Counted from the stretch's first letter, positions 48,501 through 59,829 are shown. The stretch is 64,000 nt of DNA from Lepidodermella squamata (GCA_047495785.1 JBLDXI010000017.1:1-64000), one strand, 5' to 3'. The notes: generated by a model from the sequence alone, not told the origin. Made by a program: numbers and translations.

Positions 48501-50231
48501 AAAATTCTGGACCTTCGAAACTCGGTCCCGAAAGATAGATAAACCATCCTGGCTAATAGTGTGGCCGAGATAGGTGATGGAACGACGAAAAAGTTGGCAT
48601 TTCGAACCCTTAATTTTCAAGTTCATTTTACGCATGCGCTCAAGCACGACGCGGAGATCATGAAAATGTTGTTCTTTATTCGGGCTGAAAACTAGAATAT
48701 CGTCGAAATAAGTGGCGACGATGCGGCCCAGTAAACCAGTCATGCAGAACGTGAGCAGACGGTTCCAATAGGCCGGGGCAGTTTGAGCACCGAAAGGCAT
48801 TCTATTCATGGTCCAGGACCCTTGGGATGATCTGAACCCTAAATATTGCTTTGAATCTTCGGACACTTTCATGTGAAAATAAGCCTGATTTATATCAATA
48901 GCTGAGAAAAGGCGTGCTTTCGACAATAAATCAAACTGGCTCCAAATTTGCGGTATTGGGTGTGAGCCGTCATTGACAGTCATGCTATTTAGGCGGCGAA
49001 AATCATGGGCTAGGCGCAGTGAACCATCCTTTTTCCTCAGGGCAAGGAGGCAGCTACTATATGGCGTAGCGGCCGGCTCAGCAATGCCGTGTTTAACCCA
49101 GTCTTGTATTTCTTTCTCAACCATTTCCCTCTCATGATGTGACTGACGCCGAAGCGGCTGAATGAACGGCGGGCCTTCGACCTTGACTTTGAACTCAAGG
49201 GCATCGCACAGGCCGATATCCAGCCTATGGCGCGCGAAACAATCCTTGAATTCGCTCAACAAACTACGCATCCTACGACGCTCATCGGCGGATAGCTCTG
49301 ACTTTTCCAAGTCGACATCGGGCTCCCAGTCATCGCGGGCGTCGGCCGGCGGCGGCGACGGCCGTTTGGATGACTGGCGGTTACGATCAGCGCCGATTAT
49401 GTCGATGTGGACACCCTCGACGAGAAAGGCGGCGACTTTTTGGCCTTTATAGATTTTCACAGGTGATCGCCCGGGGTTGAGTAACTCGACCCAAATACGA
49501 CCCTCATCATCTACCTTGGAAATTGAGCGTGAGACGACAAATTCGCGCTCATGATTTTGCGTGTCGCTAGGCTCGTCATGTAAATTATCACTAACGACGG
49601 TTTTTCCCGTAAGACCATGACCCGTAATGCGTGCACGGACGCGGATGGGCTTACCCGGCGGAAGAACTACATCATCCAAAGACGCTGCACGCAAATCCGG
49701 ATGCGTGACTGCGTTTATGGCGTACGGTGAATACGGCGCGGCGTGTAACGGAATAGAACCCGCGTTATCACGCAGAAAAATGACATTACGAGAATTGCTT
49801 ATACTGTCGGCGAACTTGTACGTAAAATCGTGACCTAACAAGCCGTCGGCATGCAAATTCCGAATGAAATAAAACTGGTGTAAAAATTCGTGTCCACCGA
49901 AGCGTATCGGGATAGTCGCCTTGCCCAAAACTTGCAAGGGCTGGTTATCAGGCCCGTTGGCTTTAGCGGGCTCAAGGCGAATACCAGGGTAAAGAAAGCG
50001 GGCATCGATGCAACTATGAGTCGCACCGGAATCGAGAAGCATGGCAACATGCCGAAGTGAGCAACTATCATTTTCAGCGACGTCAACTAAATCCATGTGA
50101 GCGACGAGGCCGCTCGGAGCGTGTGAACAAGAAGAAGACGGTAAAGTAGTGACAGATGAAATAATAGCGGGACAGGTGGCATCGGCGGAGGCGTGTCCGG
50201 TCCCATCGGACGGCCTCCTTAATAGTTTAAA
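45540..50231 (-). CDS. pol: Pol polyprotein (protease, RT, RNase H, integrase), entered by -1 frameshift
   Basis: LLDSGATHS protease, MPFG and YFDD RT motifs, TDAS RNase H, H-x4-H...CAVC and DDE integrase, in Gypsy order. Frame open from 50231. Confidence 0.96.
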   Translation of the reverse strand, partial: FKLLRRPSDGTGHASADATCPAIISSVTTLPSSSCSHAPSGLVAHMDLVDVAENDSCSLRHVAMLLDSGATHSCIDARFLYPGIRLEPAKANGPDNQPLQVLGKATIPIRFGGHEFLHQFYFIRNLHADGLLGHDFTYKFADSISNSRNVIFLRDNAGSIPLHAAPYSPYAINAVTHPDLRAASLDDVVLPPGKPIRVRARITGHGLTGKTVVSDNLHDEPSDTQNHEREFVVSRSISKVDDEGRIWVELLNPGRSPVKIYKGQKVAAFLVEGVHIDIIGADRNRQSSKRPSPPPADARDDWEPDVDLEKSELSADERRRMRSLLSEFKDCFARHRLDIGLCDALEFKVKVEGPPFIQPLRRQSHHEREMVEKEIQDWVKHGIAEPAATPYSSCLLALRKKDGSLRLAHDFRRLNSMTVNDGSHPIPQIWSQFDLLSKARLFSAIDINQAYFHMKVSEDSKQYLGFRSSQGSWTMNRMPFGAQTAPAYWNRLLTFCMTGLLGRIVATYFDDILVFSPNKEQHFHDLRVVLERMRKMNLKIKGSKCQLFRRSITYLGHTISQDGLSIFRDRVSKVQNFPVPTTVSELRAFTSLAGYYRRFIKNFAMIAAPLYELQRKNNFHWNKDAENAFNELKKALISPPCLAFPQFDKKFILSTDASGSGLGYVLEQDQDDGTRRPVAFGSRNLTKAERNYSSCEREVLAVLYGLKQIKPYISPGLNSITTDVITDAAALRTLNTWKDTGGRLSNYLMILQQYPLNIITRRGSTHANADAMSRMPDRATPLPASINAMTSDLTFDDDVVVDENAYHEGDPFRSLTPCGVNLTRDVLISAQAADRRCRSKKRRLRHNQKQRSKYFIAPDGLLCRYYPASESGYQIVVPENLIVTVLHAMHDEKCHFGVERTLSTLKDRFYFRNYEEITAEYVKSCAVCQIRDHPVKHPRAPMEPIFSHDVNELLTWDVAGPYPTSRRGMRYILIISDHFSGFTLWEPIPDIKSETVIEKLLDWIYIFGSPRALLNDNARYFISKLIEDVTDAFAIRRIKSSAYHQQTNGHCEHLNLVMNNCIAKYVVPGQHLDWCRFVKACCSGYNSSHHSTHRHPPAYLMLGHMPKLAMDWQCSAEEPASQPKTQNELRENHAYGLYDKLRRAFDDVRARFQLARAREKERYDHSSGNCEPFDIGDLVYLHVPSNRPDVIPKFASRYKGPYSVVARVSPVTYAIRFFDLSGRDILAHRNRLKLAWLRDFPTADRYSQAQQSARSSAKSATKLTAPPGAAAASTPASTAPRPPAAAASPLPDLRQTLSRQIVHEPTRDNNFTSGGYILRSSKRPTSASSGTTTATSTSTTPTTTTASTTPSTATPATTTPTTPPVPRRRTPSTSELPETPPRMPSPPIITGPAPSTSHEDNRHSSMSAPSNIDHFSPIITSTPAHKFRMQNTGHLTASPGFHRRPTPFQFDMDLVSLVPPVQPQSVAPQHRPASSPEKNQSSVTTPEKSSTSVTSDRNYSLNKSDLDATVVHQPYNLRTRVTFANPVVQTSPKSGKAHTRTTQITRTSRKKQSSNNTDSSPTV
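50187..50231 (-). promoter_or_regulatory. -1 ribosomal frameshift signal: U UUA AAC plus downstream stem-loop
   Basis: Slippery heptamer at 50225-50231 in gag codon register; 6 nt later GGAGGC-C-GUCCG-loop-CGGAC-AC-GCCUCC (50187-50218); the -1 frame is continuous with pol. Confidence 0.85.
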
Positions 50232-51682
50232 TGATCGCCACGCTGTTCACGCGCGTCATAAGACAAACGCGGCTGATAATCACGATCGCGCGACGGAGTA
50301 CGGCGCATGCCGCGCTGATGATAGGGCGAGTGACCAGAACGGTAGTCATCGCGAGAACGACACTGATCGGCATGATGACCAGGGCGGTGGCATTTATCGC
50401 AAACAGGGGTGCGAGGACGGCGATCGTCCCGCTGTTGTAGCAAATCGCGCATCTTGGAACGGCACTCGGCCTCGACATGGCCGGGCTTCGAGCAATAATA
50501 GCAGGACGGGCGCGAACCACCACGCCGATTATCATTATTAGAAGTGTTGTTATTATTATTACCGTTATCGCGGCTGCGGTAGGCGGGCCGGTTGTTGTAA
50601 TTACCACGGCCCTTGTCGTTGTAGCTCGGCTTGTTGCGACCAAGCTCCTGAACCTGCGCGGTCAGCGCGTTGACAGCTTGAATCAGCGCCGTTTCGGACG
50701 GCTCAGCCTTAACGACGGCGGCAGCAGCAGGCGGCGCCGCAGCGACGGGCGCAGGCGCAGGCGGTGCCAACGAGGCGGCCGCGCCAGGCGCGTAGTGCGG
50801 GGCGAGCGCGACCGGGGCCGGCGGCACATATAGAGGCGTACCTAACGAAGTCGCCGTCACGTGGGTGACCGGCGGCGGCGCGGCGCCAGGCAGGCCAATG
50901 GGAAAACCGGCATGGTTAAGGCCGAATGACGGCTGTGCATAGGGCTGTGGATACGAGGGAGTGTAAGAGACATGGCCGAATCCGGCCGGAAGCAGGGCCT
51001 GGGCGCCGGCAGGGCCGACGCGGATCGAGGTATCCGCGACCTCGGCGAGGCGCAATAACTCCTCGCACGTTTGAGGTACGCCAAGCATAGCCATACGCTC
51101 ACGAATAGCAGGCAAAATGCCGAAATAGACCCGATTAACGAGGTCCTTGCTAGTGTTTTCGGGTTCGCCACGCCCGGAATCAATCCACAAACGGCGAATA
51201 ACGTCATAATACTGGCGAACGGTCTCGCCAGGGTATTGAGGGCGAGAATAAAACTGCATCGAGGCTAACACGGTGTCCGGCGCAAGGCCGGACGCGGCGA
51301 GAAGCGCCTTCCGCGCCTCATCAAAAGTAGTAAATGCAGAATAGTCAATAGTCGCCCACACCCGCTCAAGTTTGTTCGACAGAAACAAGGGCAGCATGTG
51401 GAGGACATGTTGTAACGGGTGTAAGTGATTATCAGTGTCGCAAATGTAAGGCGCGACCTTAGCAAAACGACCCCAGGACGAAACGAACTCGTCGTAGGAA
51501 TCGCCAGAAATCTGGCCGACACGCACGAGCGCCAGCTCGATAGGCATGGCGAAGGCGGCGGCCGCAGTAGTAGGCGCCGGCGGCGCGGGACGGCCAGGCG
51601 TAGCGCCCGTGGCGGCCACGCCAAAACCGGGTACACCACCAGACAGAGCAGACCCAGCAGGGCCGGAGGAGCCGGATGCCAT
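50219..51682 (-). CDS. gag: Gag with two CCHC knuckles
   Basis: CYYCSKPGHVEAEC and CDKCHRPGHHADQC; QYPGETVRQY capsid motif; first ATG after the PBS at 51682. Confidence 0.92.
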   Translation of the reverse strand: MASGSSGPAGSALSGGVPGFGVAATGATPGRPAPPAPTTAAAAFAMPIELALVRVGQISGDSYDEFVSSWGRFAKVAPYICDTDNHLHPLQHVLHMLPLFLSNKLERVWATIDYSAFTTFDEARKALLAASGLAPDTVLASMQFYSRPQYPGETVRQYYDVIRRLWIDSGRGEPENTSKDLVNRVYFGILPAIRERMAMLGVPQTCEELLRLAEVADTSIRVGPAGAQALLPAGFGHVSYTPSYPQPYAQPSFGLNHAGFPIGLPGAAPPPVTHVTATSLGTPLYVPPAPVALAPHYAPGAAASLAPPAPAPVAAAPPAAAAVVKAEPSETALIQAVNALTAQVQELGRNKPSYNDKGRGNYNNRPAYRSRDNGNNNNNTSNNDNRRGGSRPSCYYCSKPGHVEAECRSKMRDLLQQRDDRRPRTPVCDKCHRPGHHADQCRSRDDYRSGHSPYHQRGMRRTPSRDRDYQPRLSYDAREQRGDHLNY

Positions 51683-51738
51683 GAGACCGTAAAAACGAGG
51701 AAATGAGTGTGATGTGGCGGTAAAAGCAACGAAAAAAA

Positions 51739-51753
51739 CCACTTCTGACACCA
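51739..51753 (-). promoter_or_regulatory. Primer-binding site TGGTGTCAGAAGTGG (tRNA-Leu type)
   Basis: 6 nt inside the 5' LTR; resembles the complement of the tRNA-Leu 3' end. Confidence 0.75.
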
Positions 51754-51759
51754 AAATAG

Positions 51760-51954
51760 TGTAATATCCGGCACGGTACGGATACCACACGGGTTCGATA
51801 TAAAGAGTAAATAACAGTCAGGCAGAAATGATCCAAAACTCCTCATTTTATTGTTATTGTGTTTCAGTATTTATACTGCGGCACGCAGGCCGCTTATTGG
51901 TTGGTATGCGGACCAATCGCGCTCGACTTGCGTGTCGCGCGTCCGCATAGCACA
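51760..51954 (-). repeat. 5' LTR
   Basis: Direct repeat of 42985-43179. Confidence 0.97.
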
Positions 51955-52340
51955 CAACCATAAGGGGTAAATTATTTTGTAGTTCTCGGAGTGCTCTTCC
52001 TATTCATGGACATTTTCAACACTGTTGTATTTGTCAAGCTTTCCAAGCTTTTTTTCAATACTTATTTCATTTAACGATTCGATTTCTCTACAAATACTGA
52101 TACCATTCGTCGGGGTTTTGCTCATCTTATCCATATGCCCTTGAGTTTTTTCAGGCCAGGGTGAGAAATTGATTATTGTTTCTTAGTTTTGTGGGTGTTT
52201 CGAATGATTCGAAATGATTCGACAGCTGTTGTATCGACAAATAAAACATCTGGATGTTTACTTTAGTCGCTCGATATAACTAAGATGTCGAGCACTATCG
52301 GCGCAATTAAATCTTTCACAGTTCAAGTTTTTGGGGAGAT

Positions 52341-53661
52341 ATGCACAGGTTTCTGCTGAGCTTCACCTTCATCGTCTTATCTTTCACGCAAGAAATCAAG
52401 TTGCAGGGGAGAACGCTGTTTACAACAGTTGAGGAGAACTTCACCAAGCGTTTGGTGGAAGAATGCTGCCTGAGCTGCCATGCTCGACCAGTGGCCGAAG
52501 CGAAAGATTCGTTGAATCTTACACTCAATTTGTTGCCACATAGATTTCGAGAGATAAACGACCAAGATCAAACGTTAAATCGCTACAAATAAGCTACAAA
52601 TTAGCAAAACTCTTGTTGTTTCAGATTTGTGGTCTTTGCACAACTTGAAGTTACTTGGACACATCCGTGCACGATATGGAACGCAGCTGAGAACGGCATA
52701 GAAAGCGTCGAAATTCGATTGACAGATAATTGGTATCCGATGTTATTGCTGAGCAACGCCCCAGATATGGAGAATTACTGGGCTTTTGCTAGGTTCGAAA
52801 AATTCAATTTTTCAAATGGAGATGCACGATGTTTTGATGATTTAGATACAGCAGGGAATTCGGATTAGCAAGATATCACGCTAACGGGCATGCCTCCACA
52901 GTTTATGAAATGTCATTTGTCGTGACATGCCCACTCAGGTAAATTATTTCCCCCTTCGTTTTGTTTTTAAACGCAATGCTTCCTGTTCCGATAGTCTGGA
53001 GAAATTTCCTTTTGACCAGCAAACCTGTGCGATAGTTATCGAATCGTGGTATAACGTAAAAACGCAGATAATTCATGTCAATTCCAATTCCAAGCTTGTT
53101 GATCCAAACGATGCTAGCTTTATTGACTCGTCGAACATATGGAGCCTAGTTAAATCCTCAGCTCGCCCAGGCATCACGTCGTTCGCAAGCTATGGATTAA
53201 CGAGGAATTACTCATCGGCTATCTTCGAATTCACATTCAAGCGACGTTCCTCAATCTATATGATAAGCCTGTTCTATCCAAGTGTGGCTTTGATTGTCCT
53301 TCTTCTGGCATCTGGATTCATCCCGCCTCACCAGCCAGATCGGCCAGCGTTTTGCGTTACCGTCGTATTGGCCTACGTGGTTTTGCTATCTACGGTAACG
53401 GATGCCCTACCAAAAACATCAAACTTGAGCTACGCTACCATATTCATGGCGTTTCAGCTCGGAGTTGGAGTGTTTTGCTCTATTTATACGCTGATTACTT
53501 GTGGCTTGTCGGCGCTGGAATACTACACAGATGATAAAGTCACATATCTTAGATTTACTATGTCACGGATTCGGTGGTATGATGCCATCTTTTTTCCGTT
53601 ATTGGCACTTACAACTTTAATTGTTGATAGCGTGCTATTCCATCGTATGACTACCGATTGA
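52341..53661 (+). CDS. Cys-loop channel subunit, type A (A3), 4 exons
   Basis: ECCLSCHARP; LEKFPFDQQTC; 4 TM. Confidence 0.9.
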
Positions 53662-54188
53662 AATAAAAATATACCATTGGGTTTGAGCTCAATTTTATCA
53701 TATTCCAAAAGATGGAATCTTCTCTGAATTTCAAGTTGATGTACTCATTCCGGTTTTAAACGCGCAAAATCCGATATCAAGTCTCCAAGTTTCGGCCCTT
53801 AGGGCCAAACAAGTAAATTATAGCTATCGAGCACGATCGAGCAGAACCTCATGAAGAGCTAAAATTTTCGTTTCGTGCGTGCCTATCTGAGTGAACTTCA
53901 CTGACTAACTTGCTACGTTTTTCCAGCTGCATAGCGAATCACTCCACATAAGCAAATATTTGATCGTAAGTGTGCACGGAAGTTTCGGTTTTTTAGCGGC
54001 GCTCATTGCAAACTTTGTATGAAATAATAATGAGCCAATATATCGCCTCTCACATTTTATAATTGAGTTATTTCCGAATCTCAAGTAGTAAACGCTGGTT
54101 GCACATTGATTTTCGTTTCTTACTTTTGTCTGAAATGAAATGAAGTGCCCATTGCAGTTATTTTGTTGTACAGAAAGCTGATTTGGAT

Positions 54189-55512
54189 ATGGTCCCGTTA
54201 TTTTGCCTGGTCTTGATACTTGGAACTGGTTTGAGCAATGGGCAATCAGGAGATGCCGATTTTCTACCCGTTGAAGACACAGTCGCTGAAGCTATGAAAA
54301 AGAAGTGCAATCTGCTAAGCACATCGCGCCCTGTCGCAAATTTTTTCGACCCCGTCAAAATCAAATTAACTTTCAGTCCTTTCCGCTTTCAAGGCATTGA
54401 AGACCGTGAGCAAAGGTTAGGTTATCACACTTCCGCACTGTAATGTTCATAATGCAGTCCTCCATTTCAGATTTTTAGTATTCGGCGAACTTGACATCGA
54501 ATGGGACCATCCTTGTGTCAGTTGGAACTTGACGGAAACTAATGTGCCCCAATTTACTATGAGCGCCCAGGTCGGATGGTGCCCTCAGATTGTTCTGGTG
54601 AATGCCCCGAATGAAGAGTCATATTGGACTACGGAGAAGTTCGCGCTTATCTGAAAGCTGATTTTATATATTGACATACTCTATTTCCTCTAGCTACTTT
54701 AAAAATTATGGTAACATTGATTACAGATATCTGGGATCAGCATTCATCCCGGTGGTCGCAACATTCGAAACACTATGCCCACTAAAGTAAGTTGACAAGA
54801 GGAAACTTAGGATCGATTTTTGACCGGCTTTTTCAGGTTGAAGAAGTTTCCTTTCGACGAGCAAACTTGCTCTTTTACCTTCGAGTCATTCACCACGATA
54901 TCCAGACAACAGTTTGAGGTGGCTAATGTATCCTACCTGGTTTCGCCATCAGATACGTCTTTCATTACTCCAACCGATGTATGGCGTTTAAAGAAATCAA
55001 GCGCTCGACTATCATCTATGGTCTACGAAGGCATGGCTGGCATTTTAGGCAACGAATACCACCGTGCCATTTTCGAATTCACTCTGATGAGAGAATCATC
55101 TTATTACCTAATCACCATGTTCTATCCATGCTTCGCCCTGGTCATCCTGCTGCTTAATGTCGGATTCATGCCGCCATACCACCCTGATCGGCCTGCGTAC
55201 TGCGTCACAGTCGTACTCGCCTTCACTGTATTAATATCGAGTATCAACGAGTCTCTACCCAAGTCTTCGGAACTTTGCTATGCCTTTGTATTCATGGCTT
55301 TTCAAATGGGAATAGGCGTTGCATGTACAATCTACACGACTGTAGCATGTGCTTGTGCGGAACTGAAGTATTTTAAAAAGAATACCGACCGCTCGATATT
55401 TGGACGCAAAATTTCGCTAATACGCTGTGTTGATCTGTCATTTTTCTCTTTTCTTCTCATAGTCACCTTGATAGTAGACGGTGCATTATTTGCTCTAATG
55501 GTGACGCCTTGA
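54189..55512 (+). CDS. Cys-loop channel subunit, type B (B2), 4 exons
   Basis: KKCNLLSTSRP; LKKFPFDEQTC; 4 TM. Confidence 0.9.
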
Positions 55513-56280
55513 ATAAAAAATATCCCAACTGAAAATCCATTAAGATATGCAAAAACGCTATTGTTCGATCATAAATATCGCGGAAAGAATTTTCGCCACT
55601 GATTTCTCCACCCGAATCCTATTCTAGGGGTAATAAGAGTGAGAAGTGGGGTTGATTGGACTCTCGGATGCAAGGTGGTTCTGCTGTCTGCTCGATTGGC
55701 TTTGGATGGCTATCAATTCGACTGTCACGAGGCCTTCAACACCTCGGTTTGCAGAGTGGCTTCAAAATCGATTCGCTGTATCTTCTAGCTTTCAATGTCG
55801 CAAGTGATGCCGTGTTGTGATTTCTGGGATCCAATGCTGCCCGGGCATCCTCGGCTTTCATCGAAAACTGGCCGATTGTTGATCTCCGCGACATACTAGA
55901 CGAAGTCTTCTCAGTTTTCGCGAATTCCTGGACAAGTTCTGCCCGATTTTCGCGAGCTCGTGGCTAAGTGCTGTTCGATTGGGGTTTGGGGTGAGTGCGG
56001 CTCGATTCGATACCTGTCGGTTGCTATTTCTCCCAAAATGCTGCCCAATTTTCACTCAATTTCTGTTGATTCTTAATACAATTCTTTTAGGAGTGTTTCT
56101 TTAACTGTTTTTGACGGTCTCTTGTGTGATTGGCAAGTGGGGTTTTGGTGATAGGTATATTTTTCCGGACAAATATCATTTTTGATATAAATATATCAAA
56201 AAATCTCTGCTTGTAACGCGCTACACGAGTGCTCGAAAAGTGTCGTACCCGAGGATTGAACCCGGGCTGCCTTTCTGAGA

Positions 56281-57336
56281 TTTTTGTGATTTTTGGACAG
56301 CTTGAAGTTTCTTGGAAACATCCCTGCACAGTACGGAACGCATCTAAAACAGGCATAGAAGGCGTTGAAGTTCGCTTGGCAGATAAATGGTACCCGAAGT
56401 TATTGCTGAGCAACGCCCCTGATATGGAGAATTACTGGGCTCTTGATAAGTTTGAGAAACTGCGGACTTCCGATTCAGATGAATCAATCATGATAAATTG
56501 ATTTAGATATAGCAGAGAATTCGGGATTGCAAATTACAGGGCTAGCGGTTTAGCTTTCACTGCTTATGAAATGTCATTTGTCGTAACATGCCCACTCAGG
56601 TATTACTATTTTCTCATTTCATTTCTCGAACCTCGAACAATTCAAATTTGCATTTGTAACTAGCCTGGAGAAATTTCCCTTTGATCATCAAACCTGCTCA
56701 ATAATTATTGAATCCTGGCATAACGTAAAAAAGCAGTTGATACTCGTCGATTCAAAATCAAAGCTTGTCGATCCAGAAGATACTCGCTTTGTCGAACATG
56801 TGGGGCCTTGTTAAATCCTCAGCTCGTGAAGGCTTCGCAACGTACTCAAACCTTGCGGGAATTCATAGCGGAATCAACTACTCTACGGCTGTCTTCGAGT
56901 TCACATTCAAGCGCCGTTCTGCAATCTACATGATAAGCCTGTTCTATCCAAGTGTGTCCTTGATTGTTCTTCTTCTCGCTGCGGTATTCATTCGGCCACA
57001 CCATCCAGATCGACCAGCGTTTTGCGTTACCGTCGTCTTGGCATACGTGGTTTTGCTATCAACAGTAACTGAAGCCCTTTTCCGAAAACATCTAACGTGA
57101 GCTATGCAACGATTTTCATGGCGTTTCAGCTTGGAGTTGGAGTTTTGTGCACAGTTTATTGCATGATGGCGCGCGGATTGTCGGCGCAGAATAAATACTA
57201 CAGATATCATAAAATTACATTTCTCAGTTACACTGTGTCACAAATTCGCTGGTATGATGCCATGTTTTTCCCGTTTTTGGCACTCACAACCTTAACAGTT
57301 GATTGCCTGCTATTATACCGGATGACTGCTGATTAA
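56281..57336 (+). pseudogene. Cys-loop channel type A pseudogene (closest to A3)
   Basis: Exon 1 not found; 8-nt deletion near 56790 and 2-nt insertion near 57078 relative to A3; conserved W replaced by R (TVRN). Confidence 0.8.
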
Positions 57337-58508
57337 AAAATATCTCAAAACTCGTAATCAATTTGTGATCGATAGAATGCAAATTATCTAATTATAATCA
57401 GCAAACTCACTTTGCCTAATTAAGCTAGATTTTATGCAGCCACGATGACTGAGAGAGAAAGTCAGACTGTCAGCATTCTTCACACAGTTGAGTTGTGAGT
57501 TGAGTTGAGTTGTGGAGTTCAGGAATCTCCACATGCAGCTTAAGGCATATTTTAGCTATTGGCACCTTCGGGGAAAATCAGGCAGAAGGCAGACCCTTCG
57601 GGATGTGGATATTTTTATAGCAAAATTTCGGACCAAGCGTATTCGTGTCTTGAAAATCATGAACAATAAGAACATTTGAATATGTCAGAGCATACTACGT
57701 GAGTGCCCATTTCCGATCTTTGCGTTACAATTGGAGAGTTTCGCATTATACCGTGAATTCATAGAGAATTTGAAATGCATAGCTACTGACAAAATGAAAT
57801 CAGGAAATTCCGATATTCAGGTAATTTATAATTTAGTCAGCATAACCCTATATCGTTTTGAATTTTTCATGAGCAAAAAATTGTGTACACAATTGTGTGT
57901 GGGGTGATCCCAGTACAGCGTCACATGACCAAGAGTGCCCCCCTGCCAGCCATCAGAACGCATGCCTATTGACGCAGGAATAAAACTTGAAAGTTCATTG
58001 TCTCGGAGGTCCATTATTTAGAGTTCGATTTTACTACTTGCCATCGCGCACAAAGCTGCACTTATGGGGTAAAAATTTGCTAGATTTTGTCCGAAGCCTA
58101 TCAGAAAGTTTAGTTGATCACTTTATCCAGTGGTTAAACAGTTTTTTCGCGAGAGGCCTTAACTTGCTAACAAAATTCCATCACTAAGTCCTGCTGTTGT
58201 AGTGAGAGCTGAGCTAATAAGCGAATCTCAATCCCAAGTATCAGTCGTCATCTCGCTACATTTGCCAGCTGTATAGCGAATCCAACCACGTGAGCAAATA
58301 TTTTGTCGTAAAATGTGCACTGAAGTCTCAGGTCTCATTCAAAATTATGAAATAATAATGAGCCAACATCGCCTATATCAATCTATAATTGAGTCATTTC
58401 CGAATCTCATATAGCACATTTATTTCTATACCTTACTTGCGTATCTCAATGATGAATGAAGTGCTTATATTATTACAGCCTGCTTGCTATCCAATAGCTG
58501 GTTTCAAT

Positions 58509-59829
58509 ATGGTTTCGTTGTTGTGCTTGGTTTTGATTCTGGAATCTGGCATGAGTCTGGGGCAATCAGGTAACGCTGAGTTTCTACCGGCTGAAGATAC
58601 AGTCGCAGAAGCCATGAAAAAGAAATGTAACCTGCTAAGCACATCCCGTCCTGTCGCGAATTTTTTCGATCCGGTCAACATAAAACTAATTTTCAGCCCA
58701 TTCCGCTTTCAAGGCATTGACGACCGCGAGCAAAGGTTAGATATTCACATTTCAACAATATAGCCTTTGAAATGCAGTCATTCATTTCAGATTTTATGTG
58801 TTTGGTGAACTTGACATCGAATGGGACCACCCGTGTGTCACATGGAACTTGACAGAAACTAATGTGCCCCAATTCACTTTGAGCGCCCAGGTTGGATGGA
58901 GACCACAGATTGTTCTAGTCAATACCCCGAATGAAGAGGCTTACTGGACCACAGAGAAGTTGGTTGAAGGCTGATTTGATATATATTTAGGTACCATGTT
59001 TTTGTCTAGCTACTTCAAAAATTATGGTAATATTGACTATAGATATATGGGATCAGCTTTCATCCCAATAGTCGCAACATTCGAAACACTTTGCCCACTG
59101 CAGTAAGTTGAAAAAAGAATATATTGAGGATCAATTTTAGACTGCCTTTTTAGATTGATGAAGTTCCCATTCGACGAGCAAACCTGCTCCTTTACCTTCG
59201 AGTCATTCACCACGATAGCCCGACAAATATTTGAGGTGGCTAATGTATCATACCTGGTTTCGCCATCCGATACGTCTTTCATTACTCCTACTGATGTCTG
59301 GCGTTTGAAAAAATCAAGCGCTCGACTATCATCTATGGTCTACGAAGGCATGGCTGGCATTTTAGGCAACGAATACCACCGAGCTGTGTTTGAATTCACT
59401 CTGAAGAGAGAATCTTCGTATTATCTAATCACCATGTTCTACCCATGCTTCGCCCTGGTCATCCTGTTGCTTAATGTCGGATTCATGCCGCCATACCACC
59501 CTGACCGACCAGCGTACTGTGTCACTGTCGTACTCGCCTTCACAGTATTAATATCAAGTATCAACGAATCTCTACCCAAGTCTTCGGAACTTTGCTACGC
59601 CTTTGTATTCATGGCTTTTCAAATGGGAATAGGCGTTGCATGTACAATCTACACGACTGTAGCATGTGCTTGTGCGGAACTGAAGTATTTTCAAAAAAAT
59701 ACTGACCGCTCAATATTTGGACGCAAAATTTCTCTCATACGGTGTCTTGATCTATTCTTTTTCTCCGCTCTTCTCGTAGTCACCTTGATAGTAGACGGTG
59801 CATTATTTGCTCTAATGGCGACACCTTGA
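58509..59829 (+). CDS. Cys-loop channel subunit, type B (B3), close paralogue of B2
   Basis: KKCNLLSTSRP; MKFPFDEQTC; last exon very similar to 54820..55512. Confidence 0.9.

Larger units (their letters stand above)
42985..51954 (-). mobile_element. Full-length env-encoding Ty3/Gypsy LTR retrotransposon (endogenous retrovirus-like)
   Basis: 195-bp LTRs (42985-43179, 51760-51954), identical by eye; 4-bp TSD CAAC (42981-42984, 51955-51958); PBS; short purine tract; gag, pol (PR-RT-RH-IN) and env all open. Confidence 0.97.

Noticed and set aside
45877-51846. Many overlapping ORFs within the retroelement
   Set aside because: Shadows of GC-rich gag and pol sequence.
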